Made by a program: the position numbers and the translations under genes
Source: Vulcanimicrobiota bacterium
GTDB taxonomy: Bacteria; Vulcanimicrobiota; Vulcanimicrobiia; Vulcanimicrobiales; Vulcanimicrobiaceae
DNA length: 64,000 nucleotides
NCBI GenBank assembly: GCA_963695225.1
Contig: OY968762.1
Span: 1,984,001-2,048,000, forward strand
Direction: 5' to 3'
Part shown: positions 48,331 through 57,610 of the stretch, one piece after another
Layout: each line of letters begins with the position of its first letter
Numbering within the stretch: position 1 is the first letter of the stretch
Notes under the pieces: model-generated
Database searches by the model: none
What the model was told of the DNA's origin: nothing
The model's input: the letters and a program-made list of their open reading frames with translations, nothing else

Positions 48331-48470
48331 GCACCGTCTCTCGGAAACCCTGAAGCGAGGCTATCATCGAGCTCGCCCCGCCGTCCTGCGAGTTTACTCA
48401 GTTGGTTCATCGGCGGCGAGCGCGCGCTAAGTCACCTGAAAACGGCTCCTCGCCGCACGTCTGATCCGCG

Positions 48471-49517
48471 TCACATTCGCGCGAGAGTGTTCTCCGCGTC
48501 ACTCGTTTTCGGGTTTGCAGACGCGTATCGCGTCGCGATCTTGTCGACTGTCTCGCGCGCGAGGCGCACGGCCGAGGGCGGCGCGCTTACTCGCGCATCC
48601 GCGCCGAAGCCGAGCGCCCAGCGCACGACTTCGGCCGGATCGTTCACCTCGAAACTGATCGAAGCGCTCCCGTCCTCGCGCGCCAGCACGCGCTGGGATC
48701 GTTGCCATCGCCGGCTGATCGCCGAGGTCGCGACGTTCGCGGAGAGTTCGACCGTAACGGTTTCCATCGCGCCGTCGCCCTTGATGAAGCCGAGCGCATC
48801 CGCTCCGTCGTATTCCGGAGGGATGCTCCGCGGCTCGAGCACGCTCCCGGCCGGAACCGGCAGCGTCGCGAAGCGATCGAGCGCGAACATCCGCCAGCCG
48901 CGCTTTCCGCAATCGTACGCGACGAGATAGAACACGCCCGAGCGCAACAACACGCGAAACGGCTCGACGAGTCGCTCGGCGACGCCGCCGGTAGCGCGGG
49001 CGCCGTAGCGAAACCGCACCCGCGCTCCGTTCTTCCAAGCCCGTTCGAGGATGCGGGCGATCTCCGCCGCACGCGATTGATCCAACAATTGCGGCATCGC
49101 AAAGCGGAAGAAGTCCTCGCGCTTACTCTCGTCGACCGGCCCAACCAACGGTTCCAGTTTCCGCGCGATCGGTTGCCCGAGCGCCGTCGCGATCGTTTCG
49201 ACGAGCGCGATCAACTTCTGCTGCTCCTCGTTGACTCGGCCGAGCCGCGCGTCGAACGAGAGCACCTCGACGCGCTCGCCCCGTTTGATCTCCGAGAGCC
49301 TGAACCCGGACGTCTCACCGAGCGCGCGCAACTGCTGGAGGTCGCGCTGAAACGTCCGGAAGTTACGCTCGTGGATGCGCTCGTACTCGCCGTACGTGAT
49401 GGACCGGCGCCGCATCAGCTCGAGCAGGAGCCACAGTTTGCGCGCGACCGCAGCCGACGCTTCGTTACCGAGCGACGACTTCGTCCCCGCAAGAGCGAAC
49501 TGCGACGAAGCTGCCAT
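48471..49517 (-). CDS. WYL-domain transcriptional regulator (wHTH-WYL-WCX)
   Basis: RTFQRDLQQL helix; VEPFRV..FYLVAYD..WRMFALDRF; RWALGFGADARVSAP. Confidence 0.9.
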   Translation of the reverse strand: MAASSQFALAGTKSSLGNEASAAVARKLWLLLELMRRRSITYGEYERIHERNFRTFQRDLQQLRALGETSGFRLSEIKRGERVEVLSFDARLGRVNEEQQKLIALVETIATALGQPIARKLEPLVGPVDESKREDFFRFAMPQLLDQSRAAEIARILERAWKNGARVRFRYGARATGGVAERLVEPFRVLLRSGVFYLVAYDCGKRGWRMFALDRFATLPVPAGSVLEPRSIPPEYDGADALGFIKGDGAMETVTVELSANVATSAISRRWQRSQRVLAREDGSASISFEVNDPAEVVRWALGFGADARVSAPPSAVRLARETVDKIATRYASANPKTSDAENTLARM

Positions 49518-49574
49518 GCCGCAGGGCGTTCGCCTCCTATGCTCTCCGGCCCCGGCGCGCACGCGTCGCGGCGC

Positions 49575-50927
49575 TTATTTCCCGATGCAAAAGCGCGCGA
49601 AGATGCGGGCGAGCATCTCCTCGCGCGCGTCGCGTCCTGAAAGCGCCGCCAGCGCTGAGCACGCGTCCGAAAGATCGCCTGCGATCAGATCGACCGGTGC
49701 GCCCCGCTCCAGCGTATCGAGCGCGAACTCGAGCGCCCGCTGCGCCTGCGCGACCGCATCCGCCTGCCGGGCGTTCGCCAGGTGCGGGCGGCCGAGATCC
49801 GGCAGACGCCCCTCGAGCGCGAGCTGCTTGAGGGCGCGGCGAAGCGCGCCGATCGTCGCCGCATCGTACGCCGAACCCGACTGCGCGTCCCGTTCCTCGT
49901 CGTCGCGCGCGTCGTATCCGGTCCGGCCGAGATCGGACTTGTTGAAGAACACGAGCCGCGTCCGACCGCGCGTCCGGCCTAGGACCTCGCGCGCATCGGC
50001 GGAGAGCGGGAGCGAACCGTCGACCACGACGAGCGCGATGCGGGCCTCTTCGAGCGCCCGCTCCGCCCGGGCGACCCCGGCAGCCTCGAGCGCCTCCCCG
50101 GCGTTTCGCAGTCCCGCCGTATCGATCACGCGCGCGATCAACCCGTCGAGCGCGAGCGTCTCCTCGATCGTGTCGCGCGTCGTCCCCGCGATCTCGGAGA
50201 CGAGCGCCCGTTCGGCGCCGAGCAACGCGTTGAGCAGCGAGGACTTCCCGGCATTCGGCGGGCCGACGATCGCGACGCTCACGCCCTCGCGCACGATCCG
50301 GCCGACCTCCGCCGTCGCGAGCAAGCGCGAAAGCGCTTCTCGCACGGGTCCGAGGCGTGCGGCCAGCGCCGCACGCGGCGGCGTGTCCACTTCGTCGGGA
50401 AAATCGACCGCCGCCGAGAGTTCGTCGAGCACCGACTCGAGTTCCGCCCGCAGTCGGGCGGCCTCGCGCGCGAGCCCTCCCGCCAACTGCCCCGCGGCCG
50501 CGCGAGCCGCCGAGCGATGCTCGGCCTCGATGAGGTCCGCGACCGCCTCTGCTTGGCTGAGGTCGAGCTTCCCCGCGAGAAACGCCCGCCGCGTGAATTC
50601 GCCCGCCTCCGCCTGCCGCGCCCCCGCTGCCAGGCACGCGAGCAAGACGTCGCGCGCGATCACGGGCGAGCCGTGGACGTGCAATTCCACGACGTCCTCG
50701 CCCGTGTAGCTGGCGGGGGCGGCGAATAGGAGGGCTAGGCCCTGGTCGATCGTCGCCCCCGCAGCGTCGACCGCACGTCCGAACGTCGCGCGCCGGTCCG
50801 CCAGCGGCTCCCGCGAACGGAAGACGCGCCCCGCGATCTCGCGCGCCTGCGGGCCGCTGAGCCGCACGATCGCGATCGCGCCGCGCCCGGGCGCCGTCGC
50901 GACCGCGGCGATCGTCTCCGCGGCCAT
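49575..50927 (-). CDS. mnmE: tRNA modification GTPase MnmE
   Basis: TIAAVAT, SYTGEDVVE, GPPNAGKSS, GTTRD, DTAG, FCIGK. Confidence 0.97.
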   Translation of the reverse strand: MAAETIAAVATAPGRGAIAIVRLSGPQAREIAGRVFRSREPLADRRATFGRAVDAAGATIDQGLALLFAAPASYTGEDVVELHVHGSPVIARDVLLACLAAGARQAEAGEFTRRAFLAGKLDLSQAEAVADLIEAEHRSAARAAAGQLAGGLAREAARLRAELESVLDELSAAVDFPDEVDTPPRAALAARLGPVREALSRLLATAEVGRIVREGVSVAIVGPPNAGKSSLLNALLGAERALVSEIAGTTRDTIEETLALDGLIARVIDTAGLRNAGEALEAAGVARAERALEEARIALVVVDGSLPLSADAREVLGRTRGRTRLVFFNKSDLGRTGYDARDDEERDAQSGSAYDAATIGALRRALKQLALEGRLPDLGRPHLANARQADAVAQAQRALEFALDTLERGAPVDLIAGDLSDACSALAALSGRDAREEMLARIFARFCIGK

Positions 50928-50943
50928 AGCAGGTTACGTCACG

Positions 50944-51594
50944 TCAGGGCCGGCGCGGATGGACGACGACCCGGCGCTCCGGCTCGACGCCGGCGGATTC
51001 CGTCGTGACGAACGGGTTGTCGGCCAGGGCCAGGTGAATCACCTTGCGCTCTGAGGGCAACATCGGCTCCAGCGCGATCGGGCGCTTCTCGCGGAGCGCC
51101 CGCTCCAGCGACGTCAGCGCAACGCCGCGCAAGAGATCCGCGCGGCGTGCCCGATACCCTTCAGCGTCGATCGTGAAATAGTGCCGGTCCTTCTTGACGC
51201 CCGCGTTCACGATGTTGTTGAAGATCAGGTTCAGCGCTTCGAGCGTATGGCCGTGCCGGCCGATCAGATTCGCGAGGTCCGCGCCCTGCACTTCGAGGTA
51301 CTCGCCTTCAGGCCGCGCGTAGTAGATCACCTTCGCGCCTTCGATCCCCATCTTCCCGAGGATCGTCTCGAGCAGCTCGCGAGCCGGTTTCGCGCTTTCG
51401 GGCTCGGGGCTCGGGGCCGTCGCGACGCGAGGCGCCCGCTCGGGGCGGTCGTCGAATTGCCGAGCGGATGCCGGCGGGCGGCGCCGCGCGGGGGCTCCCC
51501 CGCCGCCCGGCCCTCCCGAGCGGGCGCGACGGCGCCGGCCATATTCGCCCGGCGCTCCGCCGTCGTTTCGTCCTGGTTGCTGGTCTTCGTCCAC
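50944..51594 (-). CDS. jag: Jag/KhpB RNA-binding protein (KH + R3H)
   Basis: LIGRHGHTLEAL, ERKVIH, ESAGVEPERRVVV; follows yidC. Confidence 0.88.
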   Translation of the reverse strand: MDEDQQPGRNDGGAPGEYGRRRRARSGGPGGGGAPARRRPPASARQFDDRPERAPRVATAPSPEPESAKPARELLETILGKMGIEGAKVIYYARPEGEYLEVQGADLANLIGRHGHTLEALNLIFNNIVNAGVKKDRHYFTIDAEGYRARRADLLRGVALTSLERALREKRPIALEPMLPSERKVIHLALADNPFVTTESAGVEPERRVVVHPRRP

Positions 51595-51633
51595 TGGGAT
51601 CCTCTCAAAGGGGAGGTGTGCGGGGCGCGAGCC

Positions 51634-52473
51634 TTATGGGCGCGCCTTTTTCTTTCTCTTGCCCGAGCCGTTCGCCGTGCCCGCCGCACCGGGCGTCGAC
51701 GGCTTGAGCGGTTCGACGGGCTTGGGGCCGGGTTTCGCCGCCGGGGCCGCCGAGGCGCCGGCCGCAGCCCGTTCGGGATGGAACCGCCGGACGAGATACA
51801 ACTGCTGCCCCATCTGGAACAGGTTGAACGAGAGCCAGTACAGCAGGAACGCCGACGGCCACTTGTACTGGAGCCCGAACCAGCCGATCATCATCGGCGA
51901 GATGATCGACATGATCTTCTGCGTTTGCGCCTGTTGCGGGTCGAGCGCGGGGCTCGAGATCCTGATGCTCACGTACATCGAGATCGCGTAGAGCAGCAGC
52001 AGCAGATGATCGGGCTGCGCGAGGCTCGTCGCGAAGAACGCAGGGTACTGTAGCGCCAAGCCGGAGCCGACCCAGCCCCACGACGTCGATGCAAAGACGA
52101 CTTTCTGCGCGTTGATCGCGTACCACACGCTGAAGAGCACCGGCATCGGCAACAACGCGGGAAGGCATCCGCTCGCCGGATTGAAGCCGACCTCTTTGTA
52201 GAGCGCCATCGTTTCCGTGTTGAGCGTCTGCGGATCGTCCTTGTACTTCGCTTTGAGCGCGTTCAGGCGCGGCGTCAGCTCCTTCATCACGGCCTGATTC
52301 TTGATCATCGACGAGTACTGTTTCGTCGAGAGCGGCCACAGCGCGAGCTTGATCAGCGCCGCGAGCAGGATCAGGCTCCAGCCGAAGTTGTGCGTGATGC
52401 CGGTGAGGTACGTCAGCAACGCCGAGATGCCGTTGACGATCGGATCGAGCAGATTCAAACCGAGCAAAAACAA
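51634..52473 (-). CDS. yidC: Membrane protein insertase YidC
   Basis: FGWSLI, LYKEVGFNPASGCLP, LLYW; conserved position. Confidence 0.93.
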   Translation of the reverse strand: MFLLGLNLLDPIVNGISALLTYLTGITHNFGWSLILLAALIKLALWPLSTKQYSSMIKNQAVMKELTPRLNALKAKYKDDPQTLNTETMALYKEVGFNPASGCLPALLPMPVLFSVWYAINAQKVVFASTSWGWVGSGLALQYPAFFATSLAQPDHLLLLLYAISMYVSIRISSPALDPQQAQTQKIMSIISPMMIGWFGLQYKWPSAFLLYWLSFNLFQMGQQLYLVRRFHPERAAAGASAAPAAKPGPKPVEPLKPSTPGAAGTANGSGKRKKKARP

Positions 52474-52528
52474 ACGAGCGGGAACCTTTCAGTGCCGGGG
52501 GACGGCGAGTTACGATCCTGCGGTACGG

Positions 52529-52741
52529 CTACGGAACTGGATCGATGCCCCCGGGGTGCCAGGGATGACAGCGAGCGATCCGGGCGGCGGCGAGTGATAC
52601 ACCGCGCAAGACCCCATGTTTCAACACGGCCTGCCGCGCGTACTGCGAGCAAGTCGGCGAAAAGCGGCAGGTCGCGGGAAAAAGCGGCGAGATCAGCTTC
52701 CGATAGAGGTCGACGAGCCCGACGACCAGCGTCCGCATCAC
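52529..52741 (-). CDS. yidD: Membrane protein insertion efficiency factor YidD
   Basis: CRFSPTCSQY, RCHPWHPGGIDPVP. Confidence 0.96.
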   Translation of the reverse strand: MMRTLVVGLVDLYRKLISPLFPATCRFSPTCSQYARQAVLKHGVLRGVSLAAARIARCHPWHPGGIDPVP

Positions 52742-53064
52742 TCCTCCCGCTTTCCGACCGCGCGGCGCACGTCGGCCGCGAGCCGCGCGTACGGCTCGGC
52801 CAGCGCACCCGGCCGCGCCACGATCACGTAGCGCCGGTTCTCGGGGAGGGCCGCGCCGAGCGCCTCGAGGGCCCCGCGGATGCGCCGCCGCACGAGATTC
52901 CGTTCGACGGCTCCGCCGACCGCTTTCGAGACGGTGATGGCGAACTGCGGCGCTCCGCGGCCTTCGGCCGCGAACGCCGTGATCGTGGGAAAGGCCTGCT
53001 TGCGGCCTCGGCGGCGGACGAACGCGATCTCGTTCGTGCGCCGTAAACGGGCGAACCGACGCAT
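52738..53064 (-). CDS. rnpA: Ribonuclease P protein component
   Basis: VSKAVGGAVERNLVRRRIR RNR motif. Confidence 0.94.
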   Translation of the reverse strand: MRRFARLRRTNEIAFVRRRGRKQAFPTITAFAAEGRGAPQFAITVSKAVGGAVERNLVRRRIRGALEALGAALPENRRYVIVARPGALAEPYARLAADVRRAVGKREE

Positions 53065-53080
53065 GGGCCGGCTGCGAGCC

Positions 53081-53215
53081 CTAGACGGTCAGACGCTTAC
53101 GGCCCTTTTTGCGGCGAGCCGCGAGAACGCGACGGCCGTTCTTCGTGGACATCCGCTCGAGGAAGCCGTGAACGCGCTTGCGGCGCCGGTTGTGGGGCTG
53201 AAAGGTGCGTTTCAC
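53081..53215 (-). CDS. rpmH: 50S ribosomal protein L34
   Basis: [44 protein letters not shown] start. Confidence 0.98.
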   Translation of the reverse strand: MKRTFQPHNRRRKRVHGFLERMSTKNGRRVLAARRKKGRKRLTV

Positions 53216-53248
53216 GATGCGACAACTCCGCTGGAAAGAAAGCACCCA

Positions 53249-53278
53249 AGTATAGCCGGGGCGCAGGGGAGCAGTCAA
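53249..53278 (-). promoter_or_regulatory. Sigma70-type promoter of the rpmH operon
   Basis: TTGACT-N18-TATACT on the minus strand. Confidence 0.72.
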
Positions 53279-53281
53279 GGC

Positions 53282-53312
53282 CGTCCGGCGCACTTGTCGT
53301 CCGGCGCACTTG
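53282..53312. repeat. 15-bp tandem direct repeat
   Basis: CGTCCGGCGCACTTG at 53282-53296 and 53298-53312. Confidence 0.85.
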
Positions 53313-53327
53313 GGAACCATTCCCAGT

Positions 53328-53517
53328 CTGTCCACACCTGTGGACGGTCCTGTGGAGAGACTCCGCGCGCAAACCGCCTCCGCGCACCGCAAATGCCCGT
53401 CGGAACTTGCTTTCCCGTTTTCCACCGGGCCTGCGAAAGGGGGTCGCCGCGAACCCCCCGCCCCAACTTCCTCCGAGCTTTGCCCCCCTGTGGACAAGTG
53501 CATAAGTTCGTGGACAA
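53328..53517. promoter_or_regulatory. DnaA-box cluster upstream of dnaA (oriC part 1)
   Basis: CTGTCCACA 53328, TGTGGACGG 53339, TGTGGAGAG 53351, TTTTCCACC 53418, TGTGGACAA 53489, AGTGCATAA 53497, CGTGGACAA 53509. Confidence 0.82.
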
Positions 53518-53633
53518 ATGCCGGAGGATTCGACTTCCCCGCCTCCAATCGTTCCGGCCTACTCTCGGGTCCCGATCAAGCCGCTCGCGGCCTGCGGCCC
53601 GGCCCGGAGGAATTTTGGCGAGGCGGTTGGTCG

Positions 53634-55010
53634 ATGGGGATTGCGGTCGGTAGCCCAGGCATTTCGAACGAGTTGTGGGCGGCGGCGCTCGCTCAACTCG
53701 AGCAGCGTTACTCGAAGCCCGTTTTCGAAATGTGGCTCAAGAAGATTAGGGTCGCGAGCTTCGACGGTTCCGAAATCACGTTGACGGTCCACACGCCGTT
53801 CGCCCGCGATTGGGCCGAAAACCGCCTGCGGGCGGACATCACGGAGGTCCTCGGGCATTTGCTCGGCATGCCCGTCGCCATCTCGTTCGTCGTGGCCGAG
53901 AGCGCTCCGGCGTTCGAGCGCGCGGCCGTTCCGGCGCCCGCAGCGCCGGCCCTTGCCCGCCGGGAAACCCCCGAAGAGTCCCGGCCCGGGAATCTCAACC
54001 CACGCTACACCTTCGAAGAATTCGTCATCGGGAATTCCAATCGCTTCGCGCACGCAGCCTCGCAGGCCGTCGCCGAAGCCCCGGCCCGGGCCTACAATCC
54101 GTTGTTTCTCTACGGCGGCGTCGGTCTCGGCAAGACGCACCTCATGCACGCGATCGGGCACCGCGTCCTCGCCGCGAACCCGCTTGCGAACGTCGTCTAC
54201 GTCACGAGCGAGAAATTCACGAACGAATTCATCATCGCCATCAAGAACAACCAAACCGTCGAATTCCGCAACCGCTACCGGCACGTCGACTTGCTCTTGA
54301 TCGACGATATCCAATTCTTGGTCGGGAAGGAACAGACGCAAGAGGAGTTCTTCCACACGTTCAATTCGCTTCACGAAGCGAGCCGGCAACTCGTCATTTC
54401 GAGCGATCGCCCCCCAAAGGAGATCCAGACGCTCGAAAACCGGCTGCGCTCCCGCTTCGAGTGGGGGCTCCTGACGGACATACAGCCGCCCGACCTCGAA
54501 ACGCGCGAGGCGATCTTGCGCAAGAAGGCCGAGTTGGAGAAGATCCCGGTCCCGGACGAAGTCACCTCGTTCATCGCGAAGGTGATCCCTTCGAACATTC
54601 GCGAGCTCGAGGGCGCGCTGATTCGCGTCGTGGCGTACGCCGAGCTGACGAAGTCGACGATCACGACGGACCTCGCCGCCGACGTGCTCAAAAGCAGCGT
54701 CAGCGCGTTGCCGCCGCGCCGCGTCACGATCGCCCTCATCAAGGAACGGGTTTCCCGGGCGCACGGCCTGACCGTCAAGGAAATGGACCACCACCGCCGC
54801 GATCAACGCCTGACCGTCCCGCGGCAGATCGCAATGTACCTCGCGACCGAGCTCACCGACAATTCGTTGCCCCAGATCGCGCGCGAATTCCAGAAGAAAG
54901 ATCACACGACCATCATGTACGCGCGCGACAAGGTCAAGCAGTTGATGGACGTCGACGAGGCATACCGCAACAAGGTTCGCGCGCTCATGAGCCTCTGCCA
55001 GAACGACTGA
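53634..55010 (+). CDS. dnaA: Chromosomal replication initiator DnaA
   Basis: YNPLFLYGGVGLGKTHL, LLIDDIQF, SRFEWGL, NIRELEGAL, DHTT. Confidence 0.98.
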   Translation: MGIAVGSPGISNELWAAALAQLEQRYSKPVFEMWLKKIRVASFDGSEITLTVHTPFARDWAENRLRADITEVLGHLLGMPVAISFVVAESAPAFERAAVPAPAAPALARRETPEESRPGNLNPRYTFEEFVIGNSNRFAHAASQAVAEAPARAYNPLFLYGGVGLGKTHLMHAIGHRVLAANPLANVVYVTSEKFTNEFIIAIKNNQTVEFRNRYRHVDLLLIDDIQFLVGKEQTQEEFFHTFNSLHEASRQLVISSDRPPKEIQTLENRLRSRFEWGLLTDIQPPDLETREAILRKKAELEKIPVPDEVTSFIAKVIPSNIRELEGALIRVVAYAELTKSTITTDLAADVLKSSVSALPPRRVTIALIKERVSRAHGLTVKEMDHHRRDQRLTVPRQIAMYLATELTDNSLPQIAREFQKKDHTTIMYARDKVKQLMDVDEAYRNKVRALMSLCQND

Positions 55011-55037
55011 CCGCCGAGCGTTCTCCCGGATCGTACC

Positions 55038-55076
55038 GGCGCGGGCTGCCCGAATGCAGGCCGCGCCTTTTCTTTT
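55038..55076 (+). terminator. Intrinsic terminator after dnaA
   Basis: GGCGCGGGCTGC-loop-GCAGGCCGCGCC followed by TTTTCTTTT. Confidence 0.65.
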
Positions 55077-55159
55077 CCCCGTCCAGCTCCGCCGCGCACG
55101 CCCGAGCCCGCCGCCGCACCCGCCATTTCACGCTTTCCCCCACAGGGCGCGTTACCGAA

Positions 55160-55325
55160 CGTGGATAACCTCCCAAACGGCCCGGACCGTGAGCAAGTGG
55201 ATTTGCGTGCCCAATCCATGAACACGTTGTCCGGCGCGCAAAACGGCGCGAACCCGTCGTTTGCGCGGTTATCCGCAGTTTCCACGCCCTTACTACTACG
55301 ACGACTATCTTTACCTAAAGAATAG
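55160..55325. other. oriC unwinding region (DnaA boxes + DnaA-trios + AT-rich patch)
   Basis: CGTGGATAA 55160; TTATCCGCA 55269, GTTTCCACG 55278, CCCT, TACTACTACGACGACTAT 55291-55308, then AT-rich sequence. Confidence 0.88.
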
Positions 55326-55359
55326 AGGAACGCATGGAGATCGTGCGACCGGTGGACGC

Positions 55360-56487
55360 GTGAAGTTCTCTTGCAGCACCAAAGACATCGCCGGGGCCGT
55401 CGGCACCGCAAGCAAAGTCGTCAACGCGCATACTACGGTCCCGATCCTTTCGAACGTCTTGCTGACGGCCGACGGCGACCAGATTCGCGTGCGCGCGACC
55501 GACCTCGAGCTGACGATGGAGCACGTGTTCCCGGCGCAGGTCGCCGAGGCGGGGAGCGTCACCGTTCCGGCAAAGCTGTTCAGCGGATACCTCAGCAATC
55601 TGCCCCCGGGCGTGATCGAACTGAGCGGGACTCCGTCGCGCGCGACCGCCAAGAGCGGGCGGTCGAATTACGATTTTCACGCGCTGCCGGCGGACGAGTA
55701 CCCGCCGCTCCCCTCCGCCCAGCGTGGAACGACGTTCGCGATCGACGCGAAGCGGTTCCGCGAAGGGGTCAACGCCACGACCTTCGCCGCTTCCAACGAA
55801 GAGGCGCGCGGGCAGGTCCTGATGGGAACGTTGCTCGAGGTTGCGGGCGACCGCTTGACGATGGTCGCGACCGATGGTTACCGTCTCGCGAAGTTCGAGA
55901 CCGCGCTCGCGCGCGGCCTGGGCGATACGGCGCCCGTAAAGTACATCGTTCCCTCGCGCGCGCTCAACGAAGCCGCTCGCAATCTGGGAGGCGCCGAGCA
56001 GGTCGAGATCGCGGCACTCGGCCCGGCTGCGAACCAGCTCTCGTTCATGGTTCCGCAAACGTCGATCGTCGTCCGGCTGGTAGACGGGCAGTACCCGAAT
56101 TACAGCCAAGTGATTCCGGCCCAGTTCGACCGTTCGGCGACCGCGAACACCGCGGCCCTGATCGGCGGCTTGCGCCGCGCCGAGCTCGTCGCGGGGGACC
56201 GCGCGAGCATGGTCAAGCTCAACCTCGCCGCTTCGCAGCTGATCATCACGGCGAATAGCGATACGGCGGGGAACGCCTACGAGGAACTCGAGGTAGAGCA
56301 GACCGGCGGCGAGCTGACGATCGCGTTCAACGCCCGTTACCTCGTCGAAATCCTGACGCACGTCGAAACGGAGCGCGTCGTGCTCGAGTTCCTCGGGCCG
56401 CTCTCGCCGGCGGCGATCCGCCCGGCAACGGCGGAGGATGCGGGACCGAACCGTCAGCTCTACGTGTTGATGCCCCTGCGCCAGTAG
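55360..56487 (+). CDS. dnaN: DNA polymerase III beta sliding clamp
   Basis: PILSNVLL, ATDLE, VATDGYRL, GQYPNY, FNARYL, LMPLR; GTG start. Confidence 0.97.
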   Translation: MKFSCSTKDIAGAVGTASKVVNAHTTVPILSNVLLTADGDQIRVRATDLELTMEHVFPAQVAEAGSVTVPAKLFSGYLSNLPPGVIELSGTPSRATAKSGRSNYDFHALPADEYPPLPSAQRGTTFAIDAKRFREGVNATTFAASNEEARGQVLMGTLLEVAGDRLTMVATDGYRLAKFETALARGLGDTAPVKYIVPSRALNEAARNLGGAEQVEIAALGPAANQLSFMVPQTSIVVRLVDGQYPNYSQVIPAQFDRSATANTAALIGGLRRAELVAGDRASMVKLNLAASQLIITANSDTAGNAYEELEVEQTGGELTIAFNARYLVEILTHVETERVVLEFLGPLSPAAIRPATAEDAGPNRQLYVLMPLRQ

Positions 56488-56494
56488 GCGCCGT

Positions 56495-57610
56495 GTGTAC
56501 CTGATCCGCCTCGCGCTCGCGAACGTCAGAAACTACGCCTCGCTCGAGTTCTTCCCCGAGCGCGGTCTCAACGTGTTCGTCGGAGCGAACGCGCAGGGAA
56601 AGAGCAACCTGCTGGAAGCGATCGCGCTGCTGGGCACGGGGAAATCGTTTCGCACCACGCGGGAAGCGGAGATCGTGCGCGCCGGGATGCCGAGCGCCAC
56701 GATCGCGGGGAGCGCGCGCACGTCGGCCGGCGAGGTCCGCCTGAGTTGCACGCTGGGCGCCGCGGGCAGCGGGCTGCGTAAGCGCTATGCGATCAACGGG
56801 CGGCACGTCCGCTATGCGAGTTACCTCGGGCGTACCCGGATCGTCACCTTCACGCCGGCGGATCTCCAACTCGTCGCGGGCCCGCCCGGCCTGCGCCGGA
56901 CGCTCTTGAACGCGGCGCTCGCGCAGCAGAGCCCGAGCTACTATGCGGCGCTCGCTGCGTACACGAAGAACCTCGCGCAGAAGAGCGCGCTCCTGCGGGC
57001 GCCGGAGCGCGTGGATGCGGATCTCCTGGCAACCTACGACGAACGCCTCGTCGCAACGGGAACGCAGCTCATGTTGGAGCGCCGCCACTATGCCGCCGCG
57101 CTCGCGGAGGTGGCGCGGGGCGTGCACGCTTCATGGGTCGGCCCGCACGCCGCCGACGGAGAGCTCGACGTCCGGTACCGCCCGAACGTTCCGTTCGAGA
57201 CTTCGACGGCCGACGCAGTCGCGTCCGCGTTCGAAGCGCGCCTGCGCGCGCTTCGCGAGCAGGAGGCGGCGCGGCGTCAAACGCTTGCGGGCCCGCACCG
57301 CGACGACCTCGAGCTATTCTTGGGCGGACGCTCGCTCGCGATCTACGGCTCGCAGGGGCAACAGCGCACCGCCGTGCTCGCCCTCAAAGTCGCGGAGTAT
57401 CGCGTTCTCGAGGCGCGCAGCGGGGATGCGCCGATCCTGCTGCTCGACGACGTCCTCTCGGAGCTGGACGCCGAGCGGCAGGGCGCATTCTTGCGCGGCG
57501 TCGAGAGCTTCGAACAGGCATTCGTCACGACGACGCATCCCGTCCCGGCGGTCGGCGGGACGCACCACACCGTCGTGGCCGCTCGAATCGGGCGCCTGGC
57601 CCCATGCTGA
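56495..57610 (+). CDS. recF: DNA replication and repair protein RecF
   Basis: GANAQGKSNLLEAI, GPHRDDL, SQGQQR, LLLDDVLSELD. Confidence 0.97.
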   Translation: MYLIRLALANVRNYASLEFFPERGLNVFVGANAQGKSNLLEAIALLGTGKSFRTTREAEIVRAGMPSATIAGSARTSAGEVRLSCTLGAAGSGLRKRYAINGRHVRYASYLGRTRIVTFTPADLQLVAGPPGLRRTLLNAALAQQSPSYYAALAAYTKNLAQKSALLRAPERVDADLLATYDERLVATGTQLMLERRHYAAALAEVARGVHASWVGPHAADGELDVRYRPNVPFETSTADAVASAFEARLRALREQEAARRQTLAGPHRDDLELFLGGRSLAIYGSQGQQRTAVLALKVAEYRVLEARSGDAPILLLDDVLSELDAERQGAFLRGVESFEQAFVTTTHPVPAVGGTHHTVVAARIGRLAPC

